The notes under the pieces are model-generated. The model did not search any database. It was given only the letters and a program-made list of their open reading frames with translations, and was not told the origin of the DNA. Position numbers and translations under genes: made by a program. A DNA stretch of 64,000 nt from a virus. Position 1 is the stretch's first letter, and every line of letters begins with the position of its first letter. Below are positions 29,051 to 38,121 of the stretch, one piece after another. The stretch lies in IMG/VR virus record IMGVR_UViG_3300017780_005043. One strand, 5' to 3'.

Positions 29051-30381
29051 TACTTAATCAATTTATATTTTTTAATTAAATAGATAGCAGCAACACCAGC
29101 AGCAATACCAACAACTACTTTAAGAGCCATGTTACCGCCTTTACCATCACCACTAGCGTTTGAGTAGTTTACATCAATAACTTTTGTTTCAGGCGCACCA
29201 AAATCATTTGTAGAATCTAAAGCAATCATTCCTGTTTTTTCGGTTAAACCTACTTCACCATCATTCATGTTTAAATCACTAACATTAACAGTACCATCAG
29301 CAGAAGAAGTACTAGCAGGAACAACAATTCTATTTTTAGAAATTAAAGCAGACAAGCTACCTTGAACTGGCGTAACCATTTTTTTAAGTCTTTTGTAAGC
29401 CATCCTTGTCTTATATGCCTTTTTTCTAGCAGCATTTACCATTCTCCCTCTGTTTTCTCCATTAGCACCGCTAAAAGCATACTCATCTAAACCGCTATTG
29501 ATATTTTGCATTGATTGGTTATGCTTACCAATTTCTCTCATCATTTGAAGTCTTTTCATTTGACCTGTTCCATTAGTAACACGCATACCATCAATTGCTC
29601 TTCTCAATTTCTCGATTTGATGTCTATGCCATTCAACACGCATAGCAGCAGCATTAACACGAGGGTCTATTGAAGCATCACCAGAAGCCTCTCCATTGAA
29701 AGAACTGTCATCGCCTGCCTCATTACCGATGTATTCATCTTGTTCATTAGAAGAATCTTCATCATAATTTCCTTCTTCACCACCTTCATCTTCAACTAAA
29801 GAATCATCTTCATTGTTATATCTATCACCACCTTCCTCTGTGTATGAATTACCACCTTCATCTTGTGTTTCATCGGAGTAGTTCCCTTGTGGAAGTTGAC
29901 CAGCATTGCTTTCTTGTGCGTAGCCTTGCTCTTCAGTAGAATTTTCTTCTTCTGACGATTCAGGCTCTTTGTAAGAATCAGAAAGTTGTTTTCTTTCAAA
30001 TCTACCTGTGGCTCTCAACCCTCTTCTTTCTTGACGAGCAGCAGTTCTTGAAGTTTTTCTACCTTGTCTGCTTTCAGAGCGTAAAGATTTTCTTTCTTGA
30101 CGGGCAACGGTTCTATTCGTTCTTCTCCCTTGTCTATCCATCTGTCTTTCGCCTTTTGCTTCACCCTTAGCTTTACGCAAATCACGTTTCATTTGAACAC
30201 GCTCCATTTTTCTAGCGTATCTTCTTTTACGTCTATCGCCTCTCGCTTCAGAGTACTCACCAAAAGCCTCATCAAATGAAACAGAAACTACACCTTGATT
30301 GGGAGCAAGTTTAACTACGGTTGCTTCCGCATCACCGTACATATCTTCTTGTTGCTCTGTATTTATTACTCTAAAGTCCAT
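29050..30381 (-). CDS. tail-anchored protein with Arg-rich tandem repeats and an acidic region
   Basis: Starts MDFRVINTEQ (MKVITTNRE-like). Carries GR[KR]T[NS]RT[VA]ARQER[KR][SG]LR repeats about twice, then a D/E/G-rich segment and a C-terminal TM VVVGIAAGVAAIYLI. Confidence 0.45.
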   Translation of the reverse strand: MDFRVINTEQQEDMYGDAEATVVKLAPNQGVVSVSFDEAFGEYSEARGDRRKRRYARKMERVQMKRDLRKAKGEAKGERQMDRQGRRTNRTVARQERKSLRSESRQGRKTSRTAARQERRGLRATGRFERKQLSDSYKEPESSEEENSTEEQGYAQESNAGQLPQGNYSDETQDEGGNSYTEEGGDRYNNEDDSLVEDEGGEEGNYDEDSSNEQDEYIGNEAGDDSSFNGEASGDASIDPRVNAAAMRVEWHRHQIEKLRRAIDGMRVTNGTGQMKRLQMMREIGKHNQSMQNINSGLDEYAFSGANGENRGRMVNAARKKAYKTRMAYKRLKKMVTPVQGSLSALISKNRIVVPASTSSADGTVNVSDLNMNDGEVGLTEKTGMIALDSTNDFGAPETKVIDVNYSNASGDGKGGNMALKVVVGIAAGVAAIYLIKKYKLIK

Positions 30382-30386
30382 AGTAA

Positions 30387-30848
30387 TTATTTTTTAGTGA
30401 TTGATACACCTTTGTTTTTTTCGATAAGTCTGCCTGCGATATATCCTAAAACACCACCAACAGCAACAGCTAAAAGTTGTTTTTTAGTTTCGTATTTTTT
30501 CTTACGAGCAAACATAAAACCACCTAAAGCACCAACAGCAGTTGTACTCGCAATGATTAAAGTCATTTTTTGTTCATTTGGCATTTTTACCACAGTTGCT
30601 GCGCCATCAGCATTTAATGTTACTTCTACGTTTTCCATAGGTTTTACTTTATTGATGAATATTAATTGTCCTTCTTTTGTTCTAAATAGTTTGTAATTGA
30701 AATCTTCTTTACCTCTTTTACCCTTCACTAAAAAAGGATTACCATCTATTATAGTTCCTTTGGCAATCACCTCTTTGCTATCTGTAAAATTTTTATGTTC
30801 CTTGTTAGGAAGTTTTACAATTGCATCTTCAATTACTTCGCACTTCAT
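30387..30848 (-). CDS. membrane protein with two C-terminal TM segments
   Basis: LIIASTTAVGALGGFMFA and LLAVAVGGVLGYIAG. Confidence 0.4.
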   Translation of the reverse strand: MKCEVIEDAIVKLPNKEHKNFTDSKEVIAKGTIIDGNPFLVKGKRGKEDFNYKLFRTKEGQLIFINKVKPMENVEVTLNADGAATVVKMPNEQKMTLIIASTTAVGALGGFMFARKKKYETKKQLLAVAVGGVLGYIAGRLIEKNKGVSITKK

Positions 30849-30856
30849 ACTATTAT

Positions 30857-31414
30857 TTATTTTTGTTGTTTACTTATTACAATCATTCCTAAGGCAATCA
30901 ATCCAACAACACCAATAACACCTACGACCACTATATTAGGATTTAATACATTTAAACTTGATACTTCATTACCTGAAGCATTATATGATTTTTCGGCACA
31001 CTCAACGCATTTATCATCTCCATTGCAGTTTGACTTAGCCTCTTTTTCTATCTCTTTAATTTGCTCATTACTAATAGGAAGTGCTTTCACTTCATTGTTA
31101 GGAGCAATAACCTCTGTTTTAACAGGAGTAAAATATTTTAATATAAAATCCTTATGTGGATGTATATTTGCAAATTCTTTTTCTAATTCTACCTTATCAG
31201 TAGTAGTAGAATATAATTGAGCAAGTTTTAATTGTAAATCTTTTGAATCTCTTGCATCAGTGCCTAAACGATTCTTGATAATATCTCTTGCTTGGTCAGT
31301 AGAGCCATTAGCTAAGGCACTCAATAGTGTAGCACCTTGTCTTTGTTTCTCTGAATATTTCTTTTTGTTTTTAGCCATTGCAATTGATTTTTTAAAAAAA
31401 AAGGGGGGAAGCAT
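30857..31414 (-). CDS. tail-anchored membrane protein
   Basis: C-terminal TM IVVVGVIGVVGLIALGMIVI followed by SKQQK; Cys pair CNGDDKCVEC. Confidence 0.4.
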   Translation of the reverse strand: MLPPFFFKKSIAMAKNKKKYSEKQRQGATLLSALANGSTDQARDIIKNRLGTDARDSKDLQLKLAQLYSTTTDKVELEKEFANIHPHKDFILKYFTPVKTEVIAPNNEVKALPISNEQIKEIEKEAKSNCNGDDKCVECAEKSYNASGNEVSSLNVLNPNIVVVGVIGVVGLIALGMIVISKQQK

Positions 31415-31451
31415 TAGCCTCGCCCCCTTTAATATGGATTACCTATTATTA

Positions 31452-32183
31452 CTACTTAGCAACACCACTTACCGCTTGGGTAGTTTGGATGATTACAGGA
31501 GCAGCATTTTTACCAGACAATCTAGGAGCTTTAGCATTGTTCAATGCTTTACCACCGTTCAATTCCGCTTTAGCAGAAACGATTTGTACTGGGAACACAG
31601 AAATCACCAAAGTAGCACTTGCAATCAAAGTGAAAGCTAAGTAAGTGTTACCATCAATTGTGATGATTTTGTTAATATCCAAAATATCAGATTGGAATTG
31701 GTAAGCATCTTTCATGATAGAAAGGTTCAACGGAGTTGAATATTGTTTACCGTTCGCATCTACGTGGAAGATACTAACTGTTTGTGTTAATTGGCTAGAA
31801 GTAGAAGATTGGAATCTTAACTTACCAATTTTAAAAGGTTTGTTGTTAGACTGTGCTAATAAAGCAGCGTAAGTACTACCTTGTAAGTTGGTAATAGTTA
31901 CAGAAGCGTTGTTACCATAGTTAGTAGAACCCCAAAAACTGTTATAACCAAACATATAAGCGGTAACGTTAGACGTTAAAGCGTTAGCGAATTGGATAAC
32001 ATAAGGGTCAGACACTGGTACGTTTGCACTACCAGAAGCGTAAGACATATCATCACCATCAGCGAATGACATATCATCACCATCAAAGTAAGATTCGCCA
32101 TCCATTGAATCATAAGAATCAAATCCTGACATTCTTTCTGTACTATTGATAGCAGAGAAAAGTTCTTTTTCTTTTGCGTTCAT
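31452..32183 (-). CDS. candidate capsid protein (beta-rich, about 190-aa core after an acidic disordered N-terminus)
   Basis: Position (P-loop ATPase, 3 genes, this gene, membrane genes) and beta-strand-like composition. Too small for an HK97 fold; could be a jelly-roll. Inference only. Confidence 0.3.
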   Translation of the reverse strand: MNAKEKELFSAINSTERMSGFDSYDSMDGESYFDGDDMSFADGDDMSYASGSANVPVSDPYVIQFANALTSNVTAYMFGYNSFWGSTNYGNNASVTITNLQGSTYAALLAQSNNKPFKIGKLRFQSSTSSQLTQTVSIFHVDANGKQYSTPLNLSIMKDAYQFQSDILDINKIITIDGNTYLAFTLIASATLVISVFPVQIVSAKAELNGGKALNNAKAPRLSGKNAAPVIIQTTQAVSGVAK

Positions 32184-32328
32184 AAAAATTGAATTTTTTT
32201 GTTATTAATTAGTTAATTGTAGTTAATGTAGCACAAGTGCTTTTCTATTTTCAAAGCGAACTATTATGTAATAGCAGCAAATACTTTTAAGGAATTATAA
32301 CCTATCCCTTTTTATATATATCGTGATA

Positions 32329-32442
32329 CTAAACTTTAGCCTTTGGCGCAAGTCTAGGAGCAACGAATTTTTGGTGAACAGCTAAAGCAACCATTACAGT
32401 TACAAGCACGATACCAGCTAATTTCAAGTCTTCCTTTTTCAT
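32329..32442 (-). CDS. small membrane protein (37 aa)
   Basis: Hand-translated MKKEDLKLAGIVLVTVMVALAVHQKFVAPRLAPKAKV. Confidence 0.3.
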   Translation of the reverse strand: MKKEDLKLAGIVLVTVMVALAVHQKFVAPRLAPKAKV

Positions 32443-32596
32443 TTCATTAAATTTATATTAAACAATAAATTGATTGAAGCGAAAATATGTAATTAAAATA
32501 AGGGTGAATTTTTATTAAAATCTAAATACCATTAGATTTTACAAGGTATTCAATACTATACGCTATTATAGAAATAGCATTTTTAGATTTTAAATT

Positions 32597-33406
32597 TTAG
32601 TACAAAAGAGGAATGTGGAAGTTTCTTTTTGCAAACATATCTTCTAAGCCTAATTCTAATTGAATAAGAGGTTTATATGTGTCATTAAAGATAGTTGTTT
32701 TAGTTAAGTCTGGTAGGTAGTAGTTATGAAGCCCCATGTAGTTAGCACGTAGGCAATACTGTTTAATAGCTGAATGAGAAAGGAATCTATTTTCATCAAA
32801 TGCACCGACTATATGAAATACATCTTTAGAAAAGAAACAAGTTTGATTAATAACAGAATCTTTTGGTAGTAAAACAACTTCAAATCTTTCGCTTGTTTCA
32901 TCTTGTAGTACCGAAAATGAAGTGTTATTGTATTCCATACTTATATCAGATATTCCAACTATACCGCTATGGTGAATAGTGGCGTACTTATTAAGTAGAT
33001 GAATTGAGAAATTGTGTGGTAGGTAATCGTAAGGGCTAACTATGCAAATGTAATCACCTTTAGCTGCCTTGCATAAAATATTGTAGTACTTAGCATAGTC
33101 ATTACTATTTTCTTTTAAATCAAATGAATTGTAGGTAATAACCTCGAATGGTATGTTTTGGTAATCTGCTTTTTTCTCACCTTTAACCACTAACAACTCT
33201 TTTAGTTTCTCGTTGTCCGATTCATCCCAAGCATAGGTATTCGTTATAGCAAGTAATTCATAGTTAATGATAGTGTTTTCTTGAATGGTAGAAACAAGCC
33301 TATTTACAATATCGAAAATATTATCTCTGAAACTTATTGTTTCAGACGGCTCAATGATAAAAGTAATATCTATTTTTGTTGCTCCTTGTTCAATAATATT
33401 CTGCAT
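32597..33406 (-). CDS. hypothetical protein
   Basis: 269-aa ORF. Confidence 0.4.
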   Translation of the reverse strand: MQNIIEQGATKIDITFIIEPSETISFRDNIFDIVNRLVSTIQENTIINYELLAITNTYAWDESDNEKLKELLVVKGEKKADYQNIPFEVITYNSFDLKENSNDYAKYYNILCKAAKGDYICIVSPYDYLPHNFSIHLLNKYATIHHSGIVGISDISMEYNNTSFSVLQDETSERFEVVLLPKDSVINQTCFFSKDVFHIVGAFDENRFLSHSAIKQYCLRANYMGLHNYYLPDLTKTTIFNDTYKPLIQLELGLEDMFAKRNFHIPLLY

Positions 33407-33621
33407 TTTCGTTCTATTTCAATATCTTTTTTTAATCTATTTACTTTGCTTATTGTAGTATTCACTTTATCTACAATTTCATGCGATTCAATTTCATTGT
33501 TGATAGAAGTCAATTCATCATCACTACTTTTGGTGCTAAGTATAAATAATTTTCTTTTAAGCAAAAGAAGGTAAGCATTTTTTCTGCCTACCTCCTTTAT
33601 CATCAATTCCATTTCCCTCAT
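33370..33621 (-). CDS. hypothetical coiled-coil protein
   Basis: 83 aa. Confidence 0.35.
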   Translation of the reverse strand: MREMELMIKEVGRKNAYLLLLKRKLFILSTKSSDDELTSINNEIESHEIVDKVNTTISKVNRLKKDIEIERKCRILLNKEQQK

Positions 33622-34112
33622 TATTTAACAACTTCCAATTGTTTTTCGTCTTTTTTCTCTTCCTGTGGATATAGCAATGCTTTTAGTTTAAGGTAAAACG
33701 ATATTTTTTTATCGTAGTCCGCAGCCATCTCATCGAAATCAACGGTGCTAAAAACCTCGTCAATCTCTTTTGAGTATTTTCTTTTATCTGTTGCCTCACT
33801 TACTAAACCTTGATATTTATTGTCCATCTCTTCAGTAGTTAACTGGCAGCTAAGGTAGAATCCTTCGTATTGTTGTTTAGCTTGGATTAACCCCGTGTGA
33901 ATCTTAGCAAGTTCATCATCTGTTTTCAAAATTAGAATTTTGCTCTCGTTCAACTCATAACCAATTTGACTATTCATTTTTGCTGTTAGCAATTCCTTTC
34001 TGTTATTTAGCAAACGAACCATTTTCTCTCTCGTTTCAATTGCTTTTTTCTTTGCAGCCAAAAATGGATATTTTGACAAATCTAATTCTGCTTTTTTTGT
34101 TTCGATACTCAT
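33621..34112 (-). CDS. hypothetical alpha-helical protein (scaffold-like?)
   Basis: 163 aa, helical and charged. Confidence 0.35.
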   Translation of the reverse strand: MSIETKKAELDLSKYPFLAAKKKAIETREKMVRLLNNRKELLTAKMNSQIGYELNESKILILKTDDELAKIHTGLIQAKQQYEGFYLSCQLTTEEMDNKYQGLVSEATDKRKYSKEIDEVFSTVDFDEMAADYDKKISFYLKLKALLYPQEEKKDEKQLEVVK

Positions 34113-34127
34113 ACTATTTATTTTTAA

Positions 34128-34982
34128 TTAATTCCCGTTCCCGTAATACATTTCTACTAAATGATAAACTTTCGCTTTCATTGCTTCATCTTCTTTCATT
34201 GCATTTTCTTTTTGAAACTGCTTTACAATTTTATTGTTACCTTTCAAATACTTAAAACACGCTTCGGCAAATTCCTTTTTAGAAAACTTTCCTTTCACCT
34301 TGTTGTCCGCTTTCATTACATGAACATAAAACCTTTTGTCGCCACCAAAATATTTAGCATTAACCAAAATCTGTGCAATCTTAAAAAGTTCTAAGTGACC
34401 GCCCAACTTACCCTTAACATCATATACATCATCCGATTGATAGTGCATACGAACCCAACGGCAATTAGCAATCATTCTAGGCTCTACGGCTCTCAATGAT
34501 TGGTAGCTTACAATAACATCGCAAGCACGATGGCGAAGATTTACTAAGCCCCCTACAATCTCTCGTAAGTGCGTTACGTTAAGAACGTAGGTATTAATAT
34601 CATCTATGATTAGAACCACATCCCTGCACACCTTAATCAAGTACTCCAATGTTTCAAGTTTCTTATCCATTGATAAACTTTTCGCATCAATCCTCCTACA
34701 CTCAACCAAAGGACTTAAACACCATGACTGAACATCATCTAAAGCAATCTTCCTAGAGGTGAATCCCTTCATACCCATCTTATCGAACTCGGTATCTGTG
34801 TACTCACCGTTCGTGTCCATAACTATAACCTTAGAACCTTTTGTACCTAAAGCCATATCACCTTTCACCATATCGAATATTAGCATTTTGGTTTTCCAAG
34901 ATTTACCTACACCTTGTGAACCTACTGCTACTGACATACCAGCTTCCCTTTCGGGTATTTCTCTTTTTTTTCCTTCTGCCAT
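34128..34982 (-). CDS. small P-loop NTPase (candidate genome-packaging ATPase of the FtsK/HerA-A32 type, or ParA-like)
   Basis: Walker A GSQGVGKS at residues 20-27; hhhhD segment VIVMDTNGE; Walker B-like DVVLIIDD; 284 aa. First gene of the long virion operon. Confidence 0.45.
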   Translation of the reverse strand: MAEGKKREIPEREAGMSVAVGSQGVGKSWKTKMLIFDMVKGDMALGTKGSKVIVMDTNGEYTDTEFDKMGMKGFTSRKIALDDVQSWCLSPLVECRRIDAKSLSMDKKLETLEYLIKVCRDVVLIIDDINTYVLNVTHLREIVGGLVNLRHRACDVIVSYQSLRAVEPRMIANCRWVRMHYQSDDVYDVKGKLGGHLELFKIAQILVNAKYFGGDKRFYVHVMKADNKVKGKFSKKEFAEACFKYLKGNNKIVKQFQKENAMKEDEAMKAKVYHLVEMYYGNGN

Positions 34983-34984
34983 AA

Positions 34985-36235
34985 TTATTGTTGACTATCT
35001 AAAATTGATAAACCTTTCTCCACAAAGTTAGAATTTCCACCGTCACCATCAAAGAAATCTTCATCGTTCATCTGTGTTACTCCAGAAGATTGTGTTGAAG
35101 TGCCTTGTACGGGAGGTGCATTATCAGCAAATGTTTCGTGTGGTGCTGTATAATCTTTAGATGTTGCATATTGGTCTTGCGTTCCGCTTTGATTCATAGC
35201 TTTCAATTGATTTAACACTGAACTTGTTTGTGCTTTGTGTGCCATCAACTGTAATCCTTTATCTAAAACAAAAGTTTGAATAGAAACAAGAATTAAATTC
35301 TGCATAGCCGTAGGGGCAATACCTTTTTCTAAAAGTACTTCAGCTAGGGCATCACCCAACTCTTCCTGTGCTTCTTTATCAATCTTCGCTAGTTGCTCCG
35401 CTTGAACACACATATTTTGAAAGAAGGTTTTAACCGTAGCTTTTTGGTCGCCTTCCAAAGTAAGTAGAATGTTTAGGTTTACTTCACCTGACATTTCATA
35501 CTCTGCCAACTTACCATCATTAATATCCTTCGTGGCGTACCAGATAAAGCCTCTTTCAGCTAAGGTGCAAACAGCCTTCACAATAGTTTTAGCCATTCTC
35601 GTAGTCTGCTTTCTTTTTTTAGCTCCATCCATATCCTTGAACGAAGGGTTAAAAGGCTCTTCCTTTCTCTTAGCTTGTCCTTTATCATCTGTGGTGAATG
35701 GTGAACCGCTATCAATAGGTTTCTTAATCTCAAACGCTTGCTCTGCACTTGTTGGCTCTTCAAAACTTGTTCTACCCTCTTCTGAACCATCTTTAATAGC
35801 ATTTTCGACATAGCCATCATCTAATACATAGTCACGCTTAATTCTATTCCCCGTTTTCAAGGGGTCTGCCTCATAAGAATCTGCAATCTCGTCATCAAAC
35901 TCATCAATAAAATTCATTTGTCCGCTTGAATCGGCTTTCACATTTATACTTTCGCTATCCTTCTTAGCATTGATAGTATTTGAATCACTATCCACCTCAA
36001 TAGTTTCTGAATTATTATCTTTTTTAGGATTTACATATTCCTCTGTAATAATAGCATCGTCTGTGCAATACTCGTTATGAAGCAATCTCAATTCCTCTCT
36101 ACTCGATGCTGGCACAAATGTATTAGCAAAAGAAGGGTTTTGTTGCATCTTCTTTTCAACTGCTGCTCTTAGTGAATCAGCCATCTTTTTGTCTTTGTAG
36201 TTCAAAGCACCTTTTATCCCCTTATACACTTCCAT
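34985..36235 (-). CDS. hypothetical protein
   Basis: 416 aa with an acidic middle and a helical C-terminal domain. Confidence 0.4.
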   Translation of the reverse strand: MEVYKGIKGALNYKDKKMADSLRAAVEKKMQQNPSFANTFVPASSREELRLLHNEYCTDDAIITEEYVNPKKDNNSETIEVDSDSNTINAKKDSESINVKADSSGQMNFIDEFDDEIADSYEADPLKTGNRIKRDYVLDDGYVENAIKDGSEEGRTSFEEPTSAEQAFEIKKPIDSGSPFTTDDKGQAKRKEEPFNPSFKDMDGAKKRKQTTRMAKTIVKAVCTLAERGFIWYATKDINDGKLAEYEMSGEVNLNILLTLEGDQKATVKTFFQNMCVQAEQLAKIDKEAQEELGDALAEVLLEKGIAPTAMQNLILVSIQTFVLDKGLQLMAHKAQTSSVLNQLKAMNQSGTQDQYATSKDYTAPHETFADNAPPVQGTSTQSSGVTQMNDEDFFDGDGGNSNFVEKGLSILDSQQ

Positions 36236-36238
36236 AGT

Positions 36239-36691
36239 CTAATCCTGTTTTTTGTTTTGTAATTCAGCTATTTTATTTTCTACTTTGCATTTAATCTTTT
36301 CGTACTTCTCTAAAAACTCTCTCTCTGTTTTAATCTTCGTATCAATTCTCTTTAATCTACCAATAGCCCTATAAACCGCCATGTGGTCGCTATAAAAGAA
36401 TATTCGTTTACTAATAAAACTTAGTTTCAAGTTCAATATGTTATAGAGTAAGCACCACGCAATCCTTCTAGCTTCCGCTTGTTCACCCCTACCAGTACCC
36501 CTTATTAAAGTATTTCTCGATATTCGGTATTCATCACAAATGCACTGAAAAATATATTCAATAATATCGTCTTGCTTATAATCTGCGTATAAGATATTGC
36601 TTATACTTTTATTCATAGCATCAACACCAAGAATCTTAACCCCCTTCTGTATGTTCTCGAATAACTGTTCAATTTTCTTCGTTTCGCTCAT
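36239..36691 (-). CDS. DnaA C-terminal domain-like HTH protein
   Basis: RGTGRGEQAEARRIAWCLLYNILNLKLSFISKRIFFYSDHMAVYRAIGRLKR resembles DnaA domain IV (R..AR.iAMYL...t..S...IG..f..DHTTV..A..ki). Confidence 0.45.
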   Translation of the reverse strand: MSETKKIEQLFENIQKGVKILGVDAMNKSISNILYADYKQDDIIEYIFQCICDEYRISRNTLIRGTGRGEQAEARRIAWCLLYNILNLKLSFISKRIFFYSDHMAVYRAIGRLKRIDTKIKTEREFLEKYEKIKCKVENKIAELQNKKQD

Positions 36692-36801
36692 GCTTTTATT
36701 TTAGTATTCAAGGCATCTAAAGTAAATAAAAACGCATAGTCAATAAAATATATAAGGCATTAGTTTTTAACATTATATTAGCAAATTGTAAAAACAACAA
36801 C

Positions 36802-37098
36802 ATGAACAACATCATAGCGCACGATAAGCAAAAGAATTACAATAACGTCAAGGGAGAGATAGTTGAGATTAACAACAATGCTGAAAATCGTTATTGGTCA
36901 GTTACTTTAAGTCTAGGTCACGATAAAATAAGAAAACTCAATCTGTGCAATAAAGCAGAAAGAGTTCAGCAAGTACTAGAGAGTATCAATGCTAAGGTAG
37001 GCGATAGAGTTACCGCACTATTTTTTGTGAGTTCTTCATTTAAGAATGAAAAATATTATACCACAGCTAATTTATTAGGGCTAGAGAGGGAGTTTTAG
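36802..37098 (+). CDS. hypothetical protein (lone plus-strand gene, divergent from 36239..36691)
   Basis: 98-aa ORF. Confidence 0.4.
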   Translation: MNNIIAHDKQKNYNNVKGEIVEINNNAENRYWSVTLSLGHDKIRKLNLCNKAERVQQVLESINAKVGDRVTALFFVSSSFKNEKYYTTANLLGLEREF

Positions 37099-37331
37099 AG
37101 ATTGTATTTTTCTTTGATTTTTTTTAGATTTTCTATGTTGCCTTCAATGGAATCAGTTTCAATTTCTTTCATGTGGGTACAGCAAAAATAAATTTCGGAT
37201 AAGTACATATAATAAACAACATCTTTTAATGAAGAATCGCCATTAATCTTTTCGCACAAGAAACAGATGTGTTTAGGTGAAGAGGATGAGAACGGAATAC
37301 ACCACCTACGTATAGTTATTAAATCACTCAT
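37095..37331 (-). CDS. hypothetical Cys-rich protein
   Basis: 78 aa. Confidence 0.35.
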   Translation of the reverse strand: MSDLITIRRWCIPFSSSSPKHICFLCEKINGDSSLKDVVYYMYLSEIYFCCTHMKEIETDSIEGNIENLKKIKEKYNL

Positions 37332-37615
37332 ATCAATCTGTGTTTTGTTTTATTGTATTCAGCTTCTTCAATGGTTTGAATACATACACTTAGTCCGTAT
37401 TCTCTATCATCCATAACTTTCTCTTTACCATCTTCAAATCCATAAAATTTACAAACTTCCATTGGAATTCTCACCGCATCATTAATGTTTGGTTTCCATA
37501 TTTCTCCACCAAAAGCATTTTTATAGCTTAAATAATTCACAATACTTTCTACGCAATTTTTTCCTCCATAAACGGAGTATGTTTGCTTTATTACAACGTA
37601 TTTTTCCTTTTCCAT
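37328..37615 (-). CDS. hypothetical protein
   Basis: 95 aa; ATGA overlap. Confidence 0.4.
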   Translation of the reverse strand: MEKEKYVVIKQTYSVYGGKNCVESIVNYLSYKNAFGGEIWKPNINDAVRIPMEVCKFYGFEDGKEKVMDDREYGLSVCIQTIEEAEYNKTKHRLI

Positions 37616-37884
37616 TATTTCAACCTAAATTTTAACGACTCTATTTTTTTCTTCATTTCTTTCAATTCTAGTTTCGCAGCATCCTCGTAATTTTTGCAAC
37701 ACATATCTAAAATACGCCTTAAATCATACTCACTAATTATAATTGGATTAGAATACATATTTAAAATAATATGTGAAGTATCTCTATTAGGGTGCTTTGA
37801 TATGTAAGTGAAATCAGTAGCTTCCTTTGATTCAGATAAGCCGTAAAATTTATCACCAAATTTTATTGTTTCTATATGTATCAT
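37615..37884 (-). CDS. hypothetical protein
   Basis: 89 aa. Confidence 0.4.
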   Translation of the reverse strand: MIHIETIKFGDKFYGLSESKEATDFTYISKHPNRDTSHIILNMYSNPIIISEYDLRRILDMCCKNYEDAAKLELKEMKKKIESLKFRLK

Positions 37885-37887
37885 ATT

Positions 37888-38121
37888 TTAAAATTTAATT
37901 GCTTTTAATTGTTTAACTAATTCATCTCTTGTTTCTCTATTTAGAATCATAGCCTTTGATGTTTGGCAAAAAATTCTTTTATCACCAATTCCTATTGAAT
38001 CCATGAAGTGAAAAAACAACCAATCTTCTTCAATCGAAATTCCACCTTCAGTGCAATTGGCATCAGTACAGCAGCATTTAATATCCCTGCTATCTATTCC
38101 TTTGTATTTGCTATCCATCAC
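37888..38121 (-). CDS. hypothetical Cys-rich protein
   Basis: 77 aa with CCCTDANC. Confidence 0.35.
   Translation of the reverse strand: MMDSKYKGIDSRDIKCCCTDANCTEGGISIEEDWLFFHFMDSIGIGDKRIFCQTSKAMILNRETRDELVKQLKAIKF

Noticed and set aside
32444-32596. AT-rich hairpins (AAATCTAA…TTAGATTT; GCTATT…AATAGC+TTTTT) between minus-strand genes
   Set aside because: The T-run is on the plus strand, where there is no gene to terminate. Low-complexity AT palindromes are common at this GC content.
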